A stretch of 64,000 bases of DNA from the human T2T-CHM13v2.0 reference genome, Homo sapiens: assembly GCF_009914755.1 (NCBI RefSeq), contig NC_060933.1; one strand, written 5' to 3'. A program made the position numbers and the translations under genes. Shown here one piece after another: positions 39,876 through 53,983 of the stretch (positions within the stretch are counted from its first letter, which is position 1; each line of letters begins with the position of its first letter). Below the pieces are notes generated by a model. It saw only the letters and a program-made list of their open reading frames with translations, was not told the origin of the DNA and did not search any database.

Positions 39876-42460
39876 TACTATTATTATCTTTTTATTTTTT
39901 TTTAACAGATGAGGAAATGGAAACAGAGTGAGTTTACGTTTATATAACTTGCTGTAAGTTTTACAGGTAGTAGGTGGAAGAGCCAGGATACAAAGCCAGG
40001 CAATCTGACTCAGAGTCCAGGGTGTTCTAAGCACAGGGAATAGTGTGTGCACAAACTTCCTCAAAGGCCTGGTATATCTGAGGAAGGCTGAAGAGTTCAG
40101 TGTTACTGGCTCTAAGACATGTCAGGTTTACGGGGGAGTCAGGATGGAGTGGTGAGTGGGAAGTTGAAGTTGGTGAAGTAGATTGGGTGATCAGAATGTG
40201 AAGACTGTCTTTCATAAAAAGTGAAACCCCCTTTTTATATATCCCTGAATTAAAATTTTAAAAATCTCTCATCTTCAAGTTAGGGAAATGTTCTTGGCTA
40301 AACAAGGATCTGTTTTTAGGGACGAGGTGAGGGACAGGAAGGATTATCCTTTCTAGAGGAGATGGGTCATGGTGAGGAGAAGATTGTTTTGGGGAGGCTT
40401 CCTGGGAGCAAGACCCACAGGTACTCAGTTCACCCCTTGGTGGGGTGCAAACGTGTTACCCAATAGCTGTCTCTCACATGCGCCCACATGCACAAAGTGG
40501 GTCATGCTGAGATCAGGCAGGAGAGGCTATTATTTATCTTGTTTCAAGAGTTCCTCAAAGTAGGGAAGATTAAAAAGAAAGAAGAGTTTCTCATTTAGGC
40601 ATTACTCTTGCGACTTTCCTTCATCCATGTTCCCCGGGGGATTCCTTGAACTCCTTTGCCACTGCTTCAGGCAAATTTAGGGGAGTTCTGCTTTATTCTA
40701 CAGTGGATGGTCCCATGCGAGGTTTATGTGTGGGGCAGTATTAGGAAGCTCAATCTTGAGGCCAAGTGGGAGTGGATTAGAGAGTAGAAGGGATTGATTA
40801 GAGACAGGAAGCTGATGCTCCAGAGAGGGTGAGAAGAAACAGAGACCTGGATTTCCACCATGGCCATGTCCCAGGATGAGGAGAAGGGTCTTGATTATGA
40901 GGACACTTTGGAGGTGGAATTATAGGCCTTGGTAAATCAGATGTAGTGGGGAAGGGAGAGAGAAGACCCCAAGGGACAACTAGTTAATTTAGAACTGATT
41001 ATGAGGAAGAATTTTGCCTACTGTCACTTTCAGTGTGCCCATCTAATGCCAGTGAGCTTGCCCTGGCCCCCACAGGGCTGATACATCATATGTAGCTATG
41101 GGTTGAATCTATCCTTTCAGTTTCCTTTTTATTTTCCCTCACTTCGTCTGGAGCTCACTTCCATGGCTTGATACTGTCTTCCTTTAGTTTCTGCTTTCTC
41201 CTTTTCATAAAGTGAACCAGAATTTAGCTAACACTTATCTCACAGTGATCTGAATGGTGTCATTTCCACAAATCCTCATAGTGTCTCTAAGATCCTGGGT
41301 GTCTTTATGTTTTGCCGACGATAGAATTGTTTTTCCTTTAACAATTTGGATATTGCAAACTAAAATTCTGTTTAACAAAGTTTGTTTTGACCAGCTATAC
41401 TCTTTTTTTTTCCTTAGACTTCTACATAATCATCTTGTTTTTGTATATGATTTGTTTCTTCTACATAAGCTTTTTAACAAATGGCCTGCTGAATTTGCAG
41501 TGTTATTATTGACAAAGAGAGATTTCTGACCAAAGCAAAGGGATGGAGTAATGAGAATTCTTAGCAAGGATTTAAAAAAATACTATAGCGATTCAAACCT
41601 GAATCTGATCGATATTCCTAAATCTAACACACATTTTTTAAAAGAAATCCCTCACCTTTCTATCAATAGAAGGGTTTTGTTGAGCTCTCTCTCCACTTAT
41701 CCCAGATGATAGAAAGTGAAGGTTAGATTTGCCTGGAAGGAGGAATATTTAGCACAGACCTTTTAGAATATTGACATTCAGAACCTATCTTTCTCTTATT
41801 CACATTATCAGGTAAAGCCAGAGAAGATAAAATTTTTCTTAATTTTGCTAGGAAATTTAAATATATCCCATTAAACATTTTTGAACCCTATTCAGAACCC
41901 CCTAATTTGTTTTCCCACTGCTGATCTTTTGCCATTTCCATAGGAAGGGCTGGGTCAGTGAGCATCATGCTTCTCTCCCTGTGCTTTCTGTTGATAGAGC
42001 AAGGGCTTGAGGAGAGCCACTGCAAACTCCCATGCTCACAACAGCCTCAGCATACTCTACGAAAGAAGGCAAGAGAGTTTAACGTGATCTTGGAAAGATT
42101 ACTCTAAAAATGGTTGAACTCTAGGCTATTCTTCGTGCTAATGAAAAATAATTTCTCGAGCATTTGATGAGCTCCTATTATGTTGATCAATCTTCAAAGT
42201 CTGGGAAATGAGCTTCAGAGGACTGGTACTTCTCAGAATTCTGGATTCATGAAGGCTCGTGCTGGAGAGCATCAGGAGTTGCCAGCATCTAGGAGTGTGG
42301 TGTATTCAAAACAATCTTGACTCCAGGCAGTCCTGCATTCAGGTTCCTGCTCTGCTTCTTTACTGCTTGCCACTTAGAACCATGCTGAAGTCCTGTTGAG
42401 AGACTTACCCATATCTTAAAGCCCTGATAAAAATACTGATGTGAGGCCAAATGGTACATC

Positions 42461-42538
42461 CCAGGATGAACATATGAAATTGCTGTTTTATAGGTTAAAA
42501 CTGGTTTAATACCAGCAATTTCATATTATTTGATGTAA
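42461..42538. mobile_element. MADE2 mariner-derived palindromic MITE
   Basis: About 80 nt, resembles the MADE2 consensus; perfect inverted repeat atatgaaattgctg / cagcaatttcatat. Confidence 0.8.
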
Positions 42539-43250
42539 AACATATTCAGAGGAGAGGGGCTGCTACCATACTACTCCTTATTCTGTTTTCTGGGGAGAGA
42601 TCCTTTAGGCCTGGTTCATGGTAGTTAACATCTTGTAGTTTGGGAAGCACCTGTAAAATCTCTCTGCAGCTATACTACTCGGCTTTATTCTGGAAATAGC
42701 TGACATTGTGCCTGTCAGCTAGGAATTCATGTTCCTGAGTCTAGTCACCCTCAGGGACAAAAACACAAAATTTTATCTGTTCTGATATGTATATGGGTAC
42801 ATTGAGAAATTAGTAACAATTGATAACATTTTAAACTTAATTAGAATGAAGGGAATTAGCACCTATTTAGTTATGAATAACCACAGCAATGTATTCGCAT
42901 TTTCATTAGTAAAACTTAATAGCTTTCATCTCTCTCAAAATACGGTTTTAGTTCTGTGTGGAATAATGTGGTTTCAGGAGAAATATTTACCTAAATTTTT
43001 TATTCTGTCCTTATAAAACTGCAAATTGACCCTGATTTTTAAAAAATTCAAGACAAAGCCATTTTGGTGTAGGTGTTTGGTTTTTATCACAAAAGCAGAC
43101 CCATCAGAATGCTTAGGTGAAACTTGTCAGTGCTCTGTTTTATGCTTGGCTCTGTCATTTCCACCACAGAGTGCACCGTGGAACCAGGGAGCCCCTTAGC
43201 AGACCTAGACCCCACGGTAGGGGCAACTGCATTCAGAAATACTTACATGG

Positions 43251-43624
<374 letters not shown>

Positions 43625-46068
43625 TTATTTGGTTATTTATTTATTTTTTTCGTAGATAAGGTGTATTTTCATGCAAAATGCTTGCTTGCTTTTTGCACAG
43701 AATTAATATTTCTCCGTTCCCAGGAAATTTTAAGCTTTTCAACAATTTGTACTTTTTTAAAAAAATAATTAAGGCATGCAGAATCGTCTGATAGCTTGTT
43801 AAGAAAATTAAGTAGTGACACTAATCTCATATTTTAATATTGGTATTAGAGTCAAGCATCATAGATACAGTAGAAAAATATAAATGGAATGTGTCAACAG
43901 ACACACAACAGCAAAGGGTATTTGACATTCCAACATCTTGTAACACATAAGAGGTAGGATATTCAATTCCTTCATGTAGAAAACAGTAATTAGATGCCAT
44001 AGCCGTAATGAAAACCTTAGATACTGACAAAATGTAATGCAAGTATATTTTTAAGACTATTAACTGCAAGCAATAGAAAAGGCAATTAAATGAAATAACT
44101 TCCAATATTTCTAACTAAAAGGCTACTCTCCAAGCCTTGATTGTATGTCCACTTTCAACAAATATGATACACAAAACTCTGGATTAGCTCAAAAGGCCTC
44201 CTGAAGCCTCTTGGCAGGAAGCCAGTGATTCCAGAGGAATGCCTTATCTTCTTTGTCATGTCCTTCCATGGAATATTGGAGCATCCTGGGCTCTGCACAT
44301 TTCTCACATACAAGTCAATACCTCTTTTCTTTCCAGGGAAAATGGGTAGTTTCTTCACCAATCCCAGTCAGAAGTTGGCATCTTTTCATCTTGAAGTGTC
44401 ACATGTCCTTTCTTGTCTTCTCATCCTACACTGGTGTAGTGGGTCAGTGAAATTATAATGTCTGAAGAAACGTAAGAAATTCCTGTTTCTTCTGGAATGA
44501 TGTTCTGAAATATCATTTTGGCTCTCTTAGCCATTACTGGGCAGACCTGGCACTCGGACGCTTTTGCTTGGAGCAGGAGACATGGAGAAGTGAAACTTTC
44601 TTCTTTGCAAGCATCAGATACCTTAATGAGTTATTTTCCATTTTGTTTGTCCCTCAAGTGGGCCTTTTAGTTAAGTTTGTTCACCTTTCCCCATACATTT
44701 CTCAGGAATTAGAAGAAAATGCAAAATTTGGAAATCCTTAAATTCAACAACTTTTAATTATACCTTAAAATGTCATGTTTGTTACATATTTGGAGAACAG
44801 AGCAGTGTCCTTACTGTATCTGAGAAAGTAACTTTAATTGAGGTTATGTGGACCACCTAAGGTTATATGGACCTTAGGTGATCAAGAACAGGAGGGCCGC
44901 AGGCAGGAAACTAGGAAGGATGCATTTACCATTAGAGCACCCCAGTTCTTTCCCATCCTGCCCCCACGTGAACCCCATAACATACCTCTCTTTCATGCAC
45001 AGTGCTGGGTACGTGGGTCCACTCAGTTAACACTAGACAATCTGACAGATGGATTTAGTTTGCTGATTAATACTGGACTTTAAACAGTTTGTGGATTTAT
45101 CCCTTTTGAGTAACATTGGCGAGATAGGCAGAATCTGCACTCCTGCCGTGGATGTGATGGACATTAGAAAGCTTTTGGCTGACTTCCCTTTCACCGTACC
45201 TGTAGTTGCTTCTCCTGAAGTCCAGAGAAACCTAGGAAGTTTGTGTTTTCTCTTTCTCTGTCATTCTCTCCTCATGTAAGCAGTGTGTCTTTATAGGCAC
45301 AGTTACCTCTTCCTCTCTAATTTTGTCTCCCGCTCAAAATGACCACCCATCTTTGTTGGGGACAGTGTATCAATGTAGATAAGAGTTACAAAAGTATAAT
45401 AATAACTAACATTTGTATAGTGTCTTTTATAGTTACACGTAGTACATTATGTCATTTGATGTTCATAGTAAACTTGTGTGTGGTACATATTATGATTATA
45501 CCCCTGTGACAGGTTATGAAATTGAATTTCAGAGAGGTTCAACAGTCTTCAAAAGTTATAGAACATTCAGGTTGTCAGAATCAGAGCACATGGCATTTCA
45601 TTTGGATTGTGCTGTTTTAGTAGTCATTTTTCTAATTTGAGACTATGACTTGGATTTGTTTACATGGTATTAAGATTTACCTGGACTTCCTTCTTGGTGG
45701 TACAGAAAATCTGTTAAACTATTTAATTAGTCTGTTTTGCTTTGGGTTACCTTGTTCAATAACAAAATATTTGCATCTGTTTTAGTGTGTTTAACCCATT
45801 CACCAACTGTAATTGAGAGTCAGAAATCGTTATAGGCAGGAGTTACCATTGAGTGATACCCTGTGTCGCTTGCTTCTCTCATTTGAAAGTGTCCCATCAG
45901 ACGTCATTTAAAGGAAATATTATCTTATTGTTGAGTAAATGCTTTCCTTCTCATTTTATTCTCTCCAAATTGTAATTCCTCCAACTTTGTTATTTTATTT
46001 TCAACATTGCTTTGAGTATTTTCGGTTCTTCACATTTTTGTATACATTTTAGAATCATCTTGTTAATT

Positions 46069-46071
<3 letters not shown>

Positions 46072-46119
<48 letters not shown>
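46072..46119. repeat. (AC)24 microsatellite within an old antisense L1 remnant
   Basis: Read directly; flanks ttttagaatcatcttgttaatttct and gattgagattg are L1M-like. Confidence 0.95.
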
Positions 46120-46122
<3 letters not shown>

Positions 46123-47989
46123 TGTTAATGATTGAGATTGTGGGAATATATTGCTCTTCCTAAATTATATTGTTGGCACCCAAGAAGCCTGAAGAACTCC
46201 TGAAATAAAAAAGCCCAAGGCAGAGCTTCTAGGGTCTAGCATCTGGGAACTCACTGATTCTCTAGCAACAGTAATGAAATTGGATGTGACTGTAGGCGAA
46301 GCTCGTGCCAGGTTTTAGCTTAGCAGTGGCCCACTACCAGCTCCACCTGTCTAACTAATGTGAACTCTCATCTCTGTTCTTTATGAATTAAATTGCTTAC
46401 TCTTTAGAATACGTAGCAAGCAGGTGGTATGTTCCTGTTGAGAGGTTTACACATTAACACAGTGAGGCAAAGATTCTGCTATAGCTAAAGATGGTTCTCT
46501 CTTCCCAGTTCTCTTCACTTACCAAACAGGGCCACTACCTCCGAGGTGAGCTCATGATTCAGATGGAAAAAAATTAGTTTTTTCTCAGCATCTAATGCAG
46601 CCTGTTGTTTGTGCTTCTACAGACATTAAAGTGAATAAGACCTTAAATCTGCTGGGAAACTGCTTACCACCATTTCCCACTGTATTATATGTTTGTAATT
46701 AAAAACCCATGAGAAATAAAAGTACACGTGAACATACACACATGTGGAAAATTAAATACTTGTGACGTTTTGATGAGTCATATGTGTATTTGTGCTGTAA
46801 GAACAAGTATTTCTTCATGAAGCCCCAGGGATTTAGGTTTTTCTGGGCAGAGGATTTTTACCTAGCTCTTGTAATTTACAAAGAAAGCTTTCACTATGAC
46901 AAGGCAAGTTTAGATGAGTGGTTCCTGCTGCATACCTTTGGTAAAAGAAGAATAGTTTGTATTGATTTATTTATTGCAATCCTTGTAGAAATTTTTATCA
47001 GATGGATACTTTGAAAAAATACAATAATAATATTTCACAGGTTATTAATTCATAGAAATTAAGGATAAATAACAAAGTTGAGATGGTGAAAGGGTCATTG
47101 CGTACAAATGGAAACCTGCTCTTTGGCCTGTACGTCGGCTAAGTTACTTACTTTGGTTTCTTCACCTGTTCAGCCTTGCTGGTGCTGTGGGTTTCTACAT
47201 ACATTATTGCATTTGGATTTACGCCCTTTATTAACATCATATGTAGATAGAGAACCCAGTTGGGGATTTTCCCAAGGTGACATGTCCGCCCATGACTCAT
47301 CCTGCTAGATGATGGGTGACCCTCCTTCCAGATGTAAACACAGGTCAGCCTTGCCAGGTCTGATAAGAGACTACCTATACGGCCAAAGCAAAGAATCTTC
47401 CCTCATTCTACCTCACAAAAGCCCTTCCCCCTGTGCTCTTACCCTAGAGATTAACTGTTTTCTCTCTGGTCTCTGTCAAAAACTCAGTGGGGAGAAATGA
47501 TATTTAAGAATGCAGTGCATATGTCCACTTGAGTATTTAAGTTAGATTCCCGTGTCAGGTTAGGCCACCAAGAAATTACCTATTTTAGCTTTCATAACTT
47601 AACCCTTTATAAGGTGCCTTCATTGAGTTTCATTTCATTACTGTGTCTTTTTAGTGACAGTATATACAAGCACCATTATATAAATAGCATTGTTGCCATT
47701 TTCCCAAGTCTACTGTTAAAAGATTGGCTGCTGCGTCATTAAATATCCCAGGTGATAAAATCTTTTTAATAATTATGAAGAAAAATTTGTGTCTTAGAAA
47801 ATGGGAAAAGATACTATTTTCTTTCATTAATTCTAGCACAAATTTAACAGTTCTGTCAATCTTGAGCATAGGCAGAGATTGCATTAACAGTTTTTGTAAC
47901 TGTCTACAATGGAAATCATATTACCATTTTAACAGAAATTTAAAAAATATTATTTATGCTCATCAACAACTTTGTAATCAGGATATTAA

Positions 47990-48225
47990 TAGTTGTTAGA
48001 CCTACCTTTAGATATTAGTATTTAATGCATTATTTTAAAAGCATATTTGTTTTTCCTTTCCGGTCAGGGAACCAAAAAGGAAAAAGAAAAAAAAAAAGAA
48101 AGAAAAACAAGTTTATTTTTCTAATATAATTATTTGTTTGTAATCTTCTGTGTTTATTTTATGCATTTGAAAACATAGTTCTGAGTAGGGCTTCACAAAG
48201 TAGCCAGAGAGGTCCCTGGCACATA
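47990..48225. mobile_element. Charlie7/MER119-like hAT fragment
   Basis: Reverse complement resembles 22015-22240 (ttgtaatcttctgtgtttattttatgcatttgaaaacatagttctgag). Confidence 0.55.
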
Positions 48226-49559
48226 CTCCAACAGCCTTCCTGGGGCATGTGTACTTCCTGGCAGCCTCCCTCCTGGTTCAGATGTTTACCTGCATTTTCT
48301 TTTCTGGAGGGCCTCTTCCTTCCCTGATCTGAGCTCTCTTAATACCTTGCATTATGATCAGCCATGTCTGTCTCTCTTACTAGTATGTGAGCTATTTGAG
48401 AGAAGGGACTCTCTCATTATTTTATTTTTATTCTTAGCACCTAGGAATGTGCCTTATTTTTAGTGAGCCATTAGTAATTAAATGCCACTTTTTTTAAACC
48501 CCATCCCATTCTAGTATTGCTCTTCCTCGTGGCATTGATTGACAGCTTGTTCTTGGCATTTTGGCTCAGAGTTCACTGCTGTAGAATGCTCATCAGGCAA
48601 GGAATGATGATTTTTTTTTTTTCATTGGATTTTCTCAATGCTAACTTTAAATTTTTTTAAGTCAGCCTTTTGGATGTTGTTGTGCCTTTGATGAAGCAGT
48701 CCAGGTATTAGGAACATACTTTCCTCCTTCTTCAGGTTGTAATCATTGGTAGTTAGCTGTCTTTTGTTTGAAATTTGGCTATTTATTTCAACATTGGTAG
48801 TCTTAGGAAAGCTAGAGAGTTTTCTTATAAGGGCCTGTATAATTTCCAAGTTCACACTTGATTGAAGGCAGCATGGTATCAGTGGAGAGAAAACTCTTCT
48901 ACATTTGAACAATTGGATCTTATTATTAGTGCTGTCCCTTAGAGGTGGCTTAGTATGATGGGAAGGACAGGAATAGTAATGAATTCCAAAAAGACCTGAT
49001 TAGTTTTTTTCTTAATACAGCCCCAAACCTGAGAATGAAATTATTTATTTGATTGAAACAACATGTCTTTGGAATCAGTGGTGATTATTAAAAACAGTAA
49101 AAGTGCAATTTTTTTCTTATATCACATTTGCCTTAAATATGAGATGTAGGTAAGTCAGATGAAATTTTATGACCAAATTTTTATCATTTCACTTTACAAA
49201 GTGTTCGTTCTCTCAAGTCTTTCTTACATCATATTTACTGAACTGAAGAATAAATGTTGGAGATGGTGTTTTCTTCCTAACTCACTTGGTCAGCTGTTTT
49301 TCGTTTTTGTTTTCAGCATATCAGTTGAATAGTTCTGACTATACATGGGCTGGCTGATATTTAAGGAATTTTTAAAAATTGGAAGGACTCTTAGTTTTTT
49401 ATATGTAGTATTTCAGAAATTATTAAATATATAATCCATGAAAAATACAGAGAAACACATAAAGAAGTACTAAATAAATCCCATTACCCAGAGTTATACA
49501 TCACTAACATTTTAGTATGTATTTTCTCAGTGTTCCTTTTTTCTAGGCATACATATCTG

Positions 49560-50060
49560 TGTGAGTGACACATCATCACAAGATTTAGCGGTTTAAACCA
49601 GTGATAACTATTTAGCTCATGATTCTGTGGGTTATCAATTTAGGCTAGGCTTGGCTGAGGGGTTCTTCTGGTCTAAGCTATGCTGCCTCATGCATCTGTG
49701 GTCAGCTGCAGAATAGCTTGTCTGATCTTGGCTGGGTTCTCTCACAGGTTTATGGCCTGTGGTCAGTGTGATCTCTCATCTCCAACAGGGTAACTTGGGC
49801 TTGTTCACACCCCAGAGTCTGAGGTTCTTAGAGAGAAAGCAGAAGTGTTCAAGCCCTCTTGAACGAAGGACTATGAATCTGTGTACCATTACTTCTGCTA
49901 TATTCTTTTGGCCAGTGCAAGCTAAGCCACAGTCTAGGCCAGATTCAAAGGGTGGGAAATAAACTTCAGTCCTTGATAGGAGGATCTACAAAGTCGTATG
50001 CACAGGATGTGGAAACGGGGAGGAGTGAAGATTTTTGGGCAGTTTGGAAATTTACCACAG
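49560..50060 (-). mobile_element. Old MLT1-type MaLR LTR
   Basis: tttagctcatgattctgtggg...catctgtggtcagctg...gccagattcaaagggtggg. Confidence 0.75.
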
Positions 50061-50313
50061 TGTACACGTGTGTATACATATGTGTACGTAGATGAAAAGT
50101 GAGAGCATATACATTCTGCATTTTTATCACCAGACATGCTCCAAATCCAAGTTACTAATCCAACCCTGTGGATATATTGGGGAAAGTAAGTAAATCTTAC
50201 ATGGGAAGTGCCTCAACAAGTATCTAGAACAATACCTTCCATTCAATCAATGGAAGGCTTAAAAAAAAAAAAGGAAATGTAATTTCTTTAGGCCACTGCT
50301 TGAATTCTATTGG

Positions 50314-50459
50314 TGTTACTTCCTGGTTGGCTTTATTTCCTTGCTCATGTTTTTCTATGTTTACTTCCTGGTTGGTTTTATTTCTTCACTCATTTTTTCC
50401 CATGCTTATTTTCTGGTTGGTTTTATTTCCTTTTCTTTCCATGTTTATTCTTTTGGTTG
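50314..50459. repeat. Degenerate minisatellite, about 39-45-nt unit, 3.5 copies
   Basis: Core tgtttacttcctggttggttttatttc repeated with progressive decay. Confidence 0.85.
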
Positions 50460-50479
50460 ATGGTCTGGAGCACCTATGT

Positions 50480-50690
50480 TGTGTTAGTCTATTTTCGCAT
50501 TGCTATGAAGAACTACCTGAGACTGGGTAATTTATAAAGAGAAGAGGTTTAATTGACTTATGGTTCTGCAGGCTGTATAGGAAGCATGGATGGGGAGGCC
50601 TCAGAAAACCTACAATCATGGCAGAAGGCAAAGGGGAAGCAGCTCATCTTATATGGTCTGAGCAGGAGGAAGAGATAGCAGTGGGAGATG

Positions 50691-50729
<39 letters not shown>

Positions 50730-50916
50730 CTCTCTCTCTCTCTTAAACAGCCAGATCCTGTGAGAACTCTATCACAAGACAGCACTAGGGAGATGGTGCT
50801 AAACCATTAGAAACCACCCCCGTGATCCAGTCACCTCCCACCAGGCCCCACCTCCAATATTGGGGATTCCAATTCAACATGAGCTTTGGGTGGGGACACA
50901 GAGCCAAACCATATCA
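50480..50916 (-). mobile_element. MSTA solo LTR containing a compound (CA)n(CT)n microsatellite at about 50692-50743
   Basis: tgtgttagtc...cctgagactgggtaatttataaag...ggggacacagagccaaaccatatca. Confidence 0.92.
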
Positions 50917-53399
50917 CCTGTCATGGGAGAGCACTGCTCTAGACTACTTCTAAACTGTTCTGAGATCTTGGAAAAGTCACTTGACTTTGTCAAGAGTATC
51001 AGTAGATGTTACATCATCTATTTAGTCAAAATAAAAACTACCTCACAAAATTATTGGGAGAATTTAATTACCTCATGAATATGGACATATGCTGGAAACT
51101 AGATGTGTTATCGTTCCTAGGAATTATTTATGCTTTTATGGAATGTCTGTAACGTTTTTTTACTTAGCATTTTGGCCATATCCCCAGCATCTCTAACTGG
51201 CCCTACTATTTTTTAAAATGACGTGTATATTTTTTTAAGCCACTGTTGGTTCATTTCTGCTTAGTTCATATTAAAGAAAATTCAAGTTTTACAGCCTTAG
51301 CTTACACACTAATCTTCAGAACACCATAGCCATTTCTTTAATCTGATGGATGCCCTCGCATGATGCCTGTCTTCTCTGATCAGAAATGACATTCTTAACA
51401 TCAATAGATTCTTAGACTTTTCTGACAGGAAATATTTTTGAGGATATGTAATCAGTTATGGGGTATGCTTGTCAATACATTTTTCCTGCAAAAATAAATC
51501 AGAAATCCTATCAAAATAGCATTATGAAAGAATCCATTTCCCTTAATACTCCTCATGAAATGGTCATGCCTGAAGTTTCTGAGAATTTTTATTTAGATGA
51601 AGGTTGTGTATTTAATTTATATACTGGCCATTTTTCTAACCAGCCAATCTGCATAAATTTCATATCCTAAGCAGGAAGAAAATGGTTGTGATCTGGAGCC
51701 AGCCTCTTCCTTATAAAGCCTGCATCACCTTCCTTTTCCCTTGGCTAGCCTCTTCTACTTTCCAGACCCTGTGAGTTTCACCATAAACCTTCTTTATTCC
51801 CTACCGCTACCCACATACATGCACACCTAGCCAAAGAAAGAGAAACCAAAGAAACAGAACCTGTAGGGATAAATAGGGTTATCACTCTACAGTGCCCCTT
51901 TGCTTCTCTTTGCCCTTTTCTGGACAGGAGCAGATAGAATTCATTCCTCTTCCATTTTGAAAGTTTGTCTGTGCCTATTCACTTACCCACTCATTTATCC
52001 ATCCATTCACTCATTCACTGTTCATCTGTCAGGAACAGTGTTACAGACACCGTGCTGGGTTCTGTGGATAAAAAGACAAGTTCTGGCACTGATTCGTAGA
52101 GTTTACCCTGTCATTAAAGGGATGGTAACTGAAAGAGTCATGTGGCCAGGGTCTTAAGAGAGTTGTTAACAAAGGCTTTGGGAGCCCTGGGGATGGAGAG
52201 GAGACCACATTATGCCTTCCTTCCTGGGGACAATAGCCATGTGCCTGAATTTGACAAGAGTAGAGTCGGAGGCTACTGGAGCGGGTGAGGTGAAGGGTGG
52301 GTGCCTGGATTGTTTTCCTGGCAGTGATTTGGGGCTGGACTGATCCTTGTCAGTGAGAAGTCAGGGTGCTGCCCACTCATCCATGCCAATGACTCAGATA
52401 CCATAGGAAAGTGGTTGACTCACCTGAGCTGAAGGTCTCAGTATGTTCTTCATTTCCTAGATGAAGCCGGTTAGGATTTGCTGAGAGTCTGCTCCCAATG
52501 AGGCTGGGCCTCCTTTGTGCTTCATCCTGTTTCATAGCACCCCTTTGATTTAGGTGTAATTTCTTCCACAGATGACCAAACTGAGGCTGACGAGGGTTAT
52601 GTAACACCCCCAAGATCATCCAGCTAGTAAGAGTAATCAGCTTATAATGCAAATCCCCACACATTGTCCCCTTGGAGGGCAAACAATTTTTATTCAACTT
52701 CCAATTTTAACAAAATATACACTAAATAACTAATATCATAATAAAATACAATGCTTGTAATGCTGACAATGACTGTTTTTCAGTTTGACAGAGAGGGCAA
52801 CATCTGCAAGAAAGTTCTGCCAAGATGCAGCTGTGTGTGTCCCTAATCCACATCACTCAGGGCCACTGTCTGTGGCCACACAGGTTGTGAATGTGGCCTC
52901 CTAGAGTTAGTTGTAACCTGTAAGAAGTAGCTGTCACAGGCCCAATCTTGGAGTCAACATCAGTCTGCATGCTGTGCCTCCACTCATATTAATTACTACA
53001 TCCAAGTCACTCTCTTACTTTAAAAGGTTGGATATATTTAAAGGGGATGAATGGGGGTAAAGTCGTAAACTGCGTAATTATTTCAGTATATGTTATATAC
53101 TGTCACCTAGCTGTTAAAGATTTCTACTTCAAGTATAGTGCAATTAAATCAGGCTTCTTACTGTTGTGCTTTGTCAAATGTTTACATACCTACCGACACC
53201 TAAAGGTACAGAAAATTTTCCCAAGCAACCCAGTAATCACTGGGGAATGATTTCAGGAAGGAAAGAAGGGAAGTATCCTTTTGTTCTGTCAGGTGTGTGG
53301 GACACTAGATGACAGAGATGGTTAGAGACCCTTACGAAGATGTTTGCTGGGAGGGGGCTTTCCCCTTTGTCCAAATCATGAGCATTCTTGTCCGCAGTT

Positions 53400-53983
53400 C
53401 CTTTCTTCAGACCCTCATCTCCCACTATACTGTCGCACTAAGCTCCACCAGCCCCTTGTCTATGGCCATACAGACCTGGATCACCTGTCTTCTACATCTA
53501 AACCCCTCAGTGGCTTCCTAGGTTCACAGAATAACATTTAGATTCCCTAGGATGGCATAAGAACTGTTCTCCCCCACCCCCAGTGCCCTGACCCCTGCTC
53601 CCCGGGCCATTTCTCTAGTTTCTCCTACTTTGCACACCATAGCAAGACCTCTTGCATTCCCCACAACAGAATGGCTGTTTCCTGCTTCTGGGCCTTTGGT
53701 CATGCCTGTCACTCTGTCTGTCCTTGATTGTGTTCTTCCCCTAATTCTGACTGCTGCAAGCCCAGGAATGAGGAGTCCTGCTGTAGATGGCATGCTAGAA
53801 TGTGTTCCATCAGTCTTCTCTCACGCCACCTGTGAGATGGCTTCATGGCACATACCTGTGTAGGCCTGTTCCAGGAAACAGTAATATAGCCTTAGTGGTT
53901 TTGTGTATTTGACTCTCCAACATCAGATGTGGTGCCCACTGGCTAGCTACAAATGACTGTTGAGGAAATTAGTGAATGAATGA
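53400..53983 (+). mobile_element. L2 3' fragment
   Basis: aaacccctcagtggcttcc...cagaataacatt...ggcctttggtcatgc, ending gtgaatgaatga. Confidence 0.55.
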
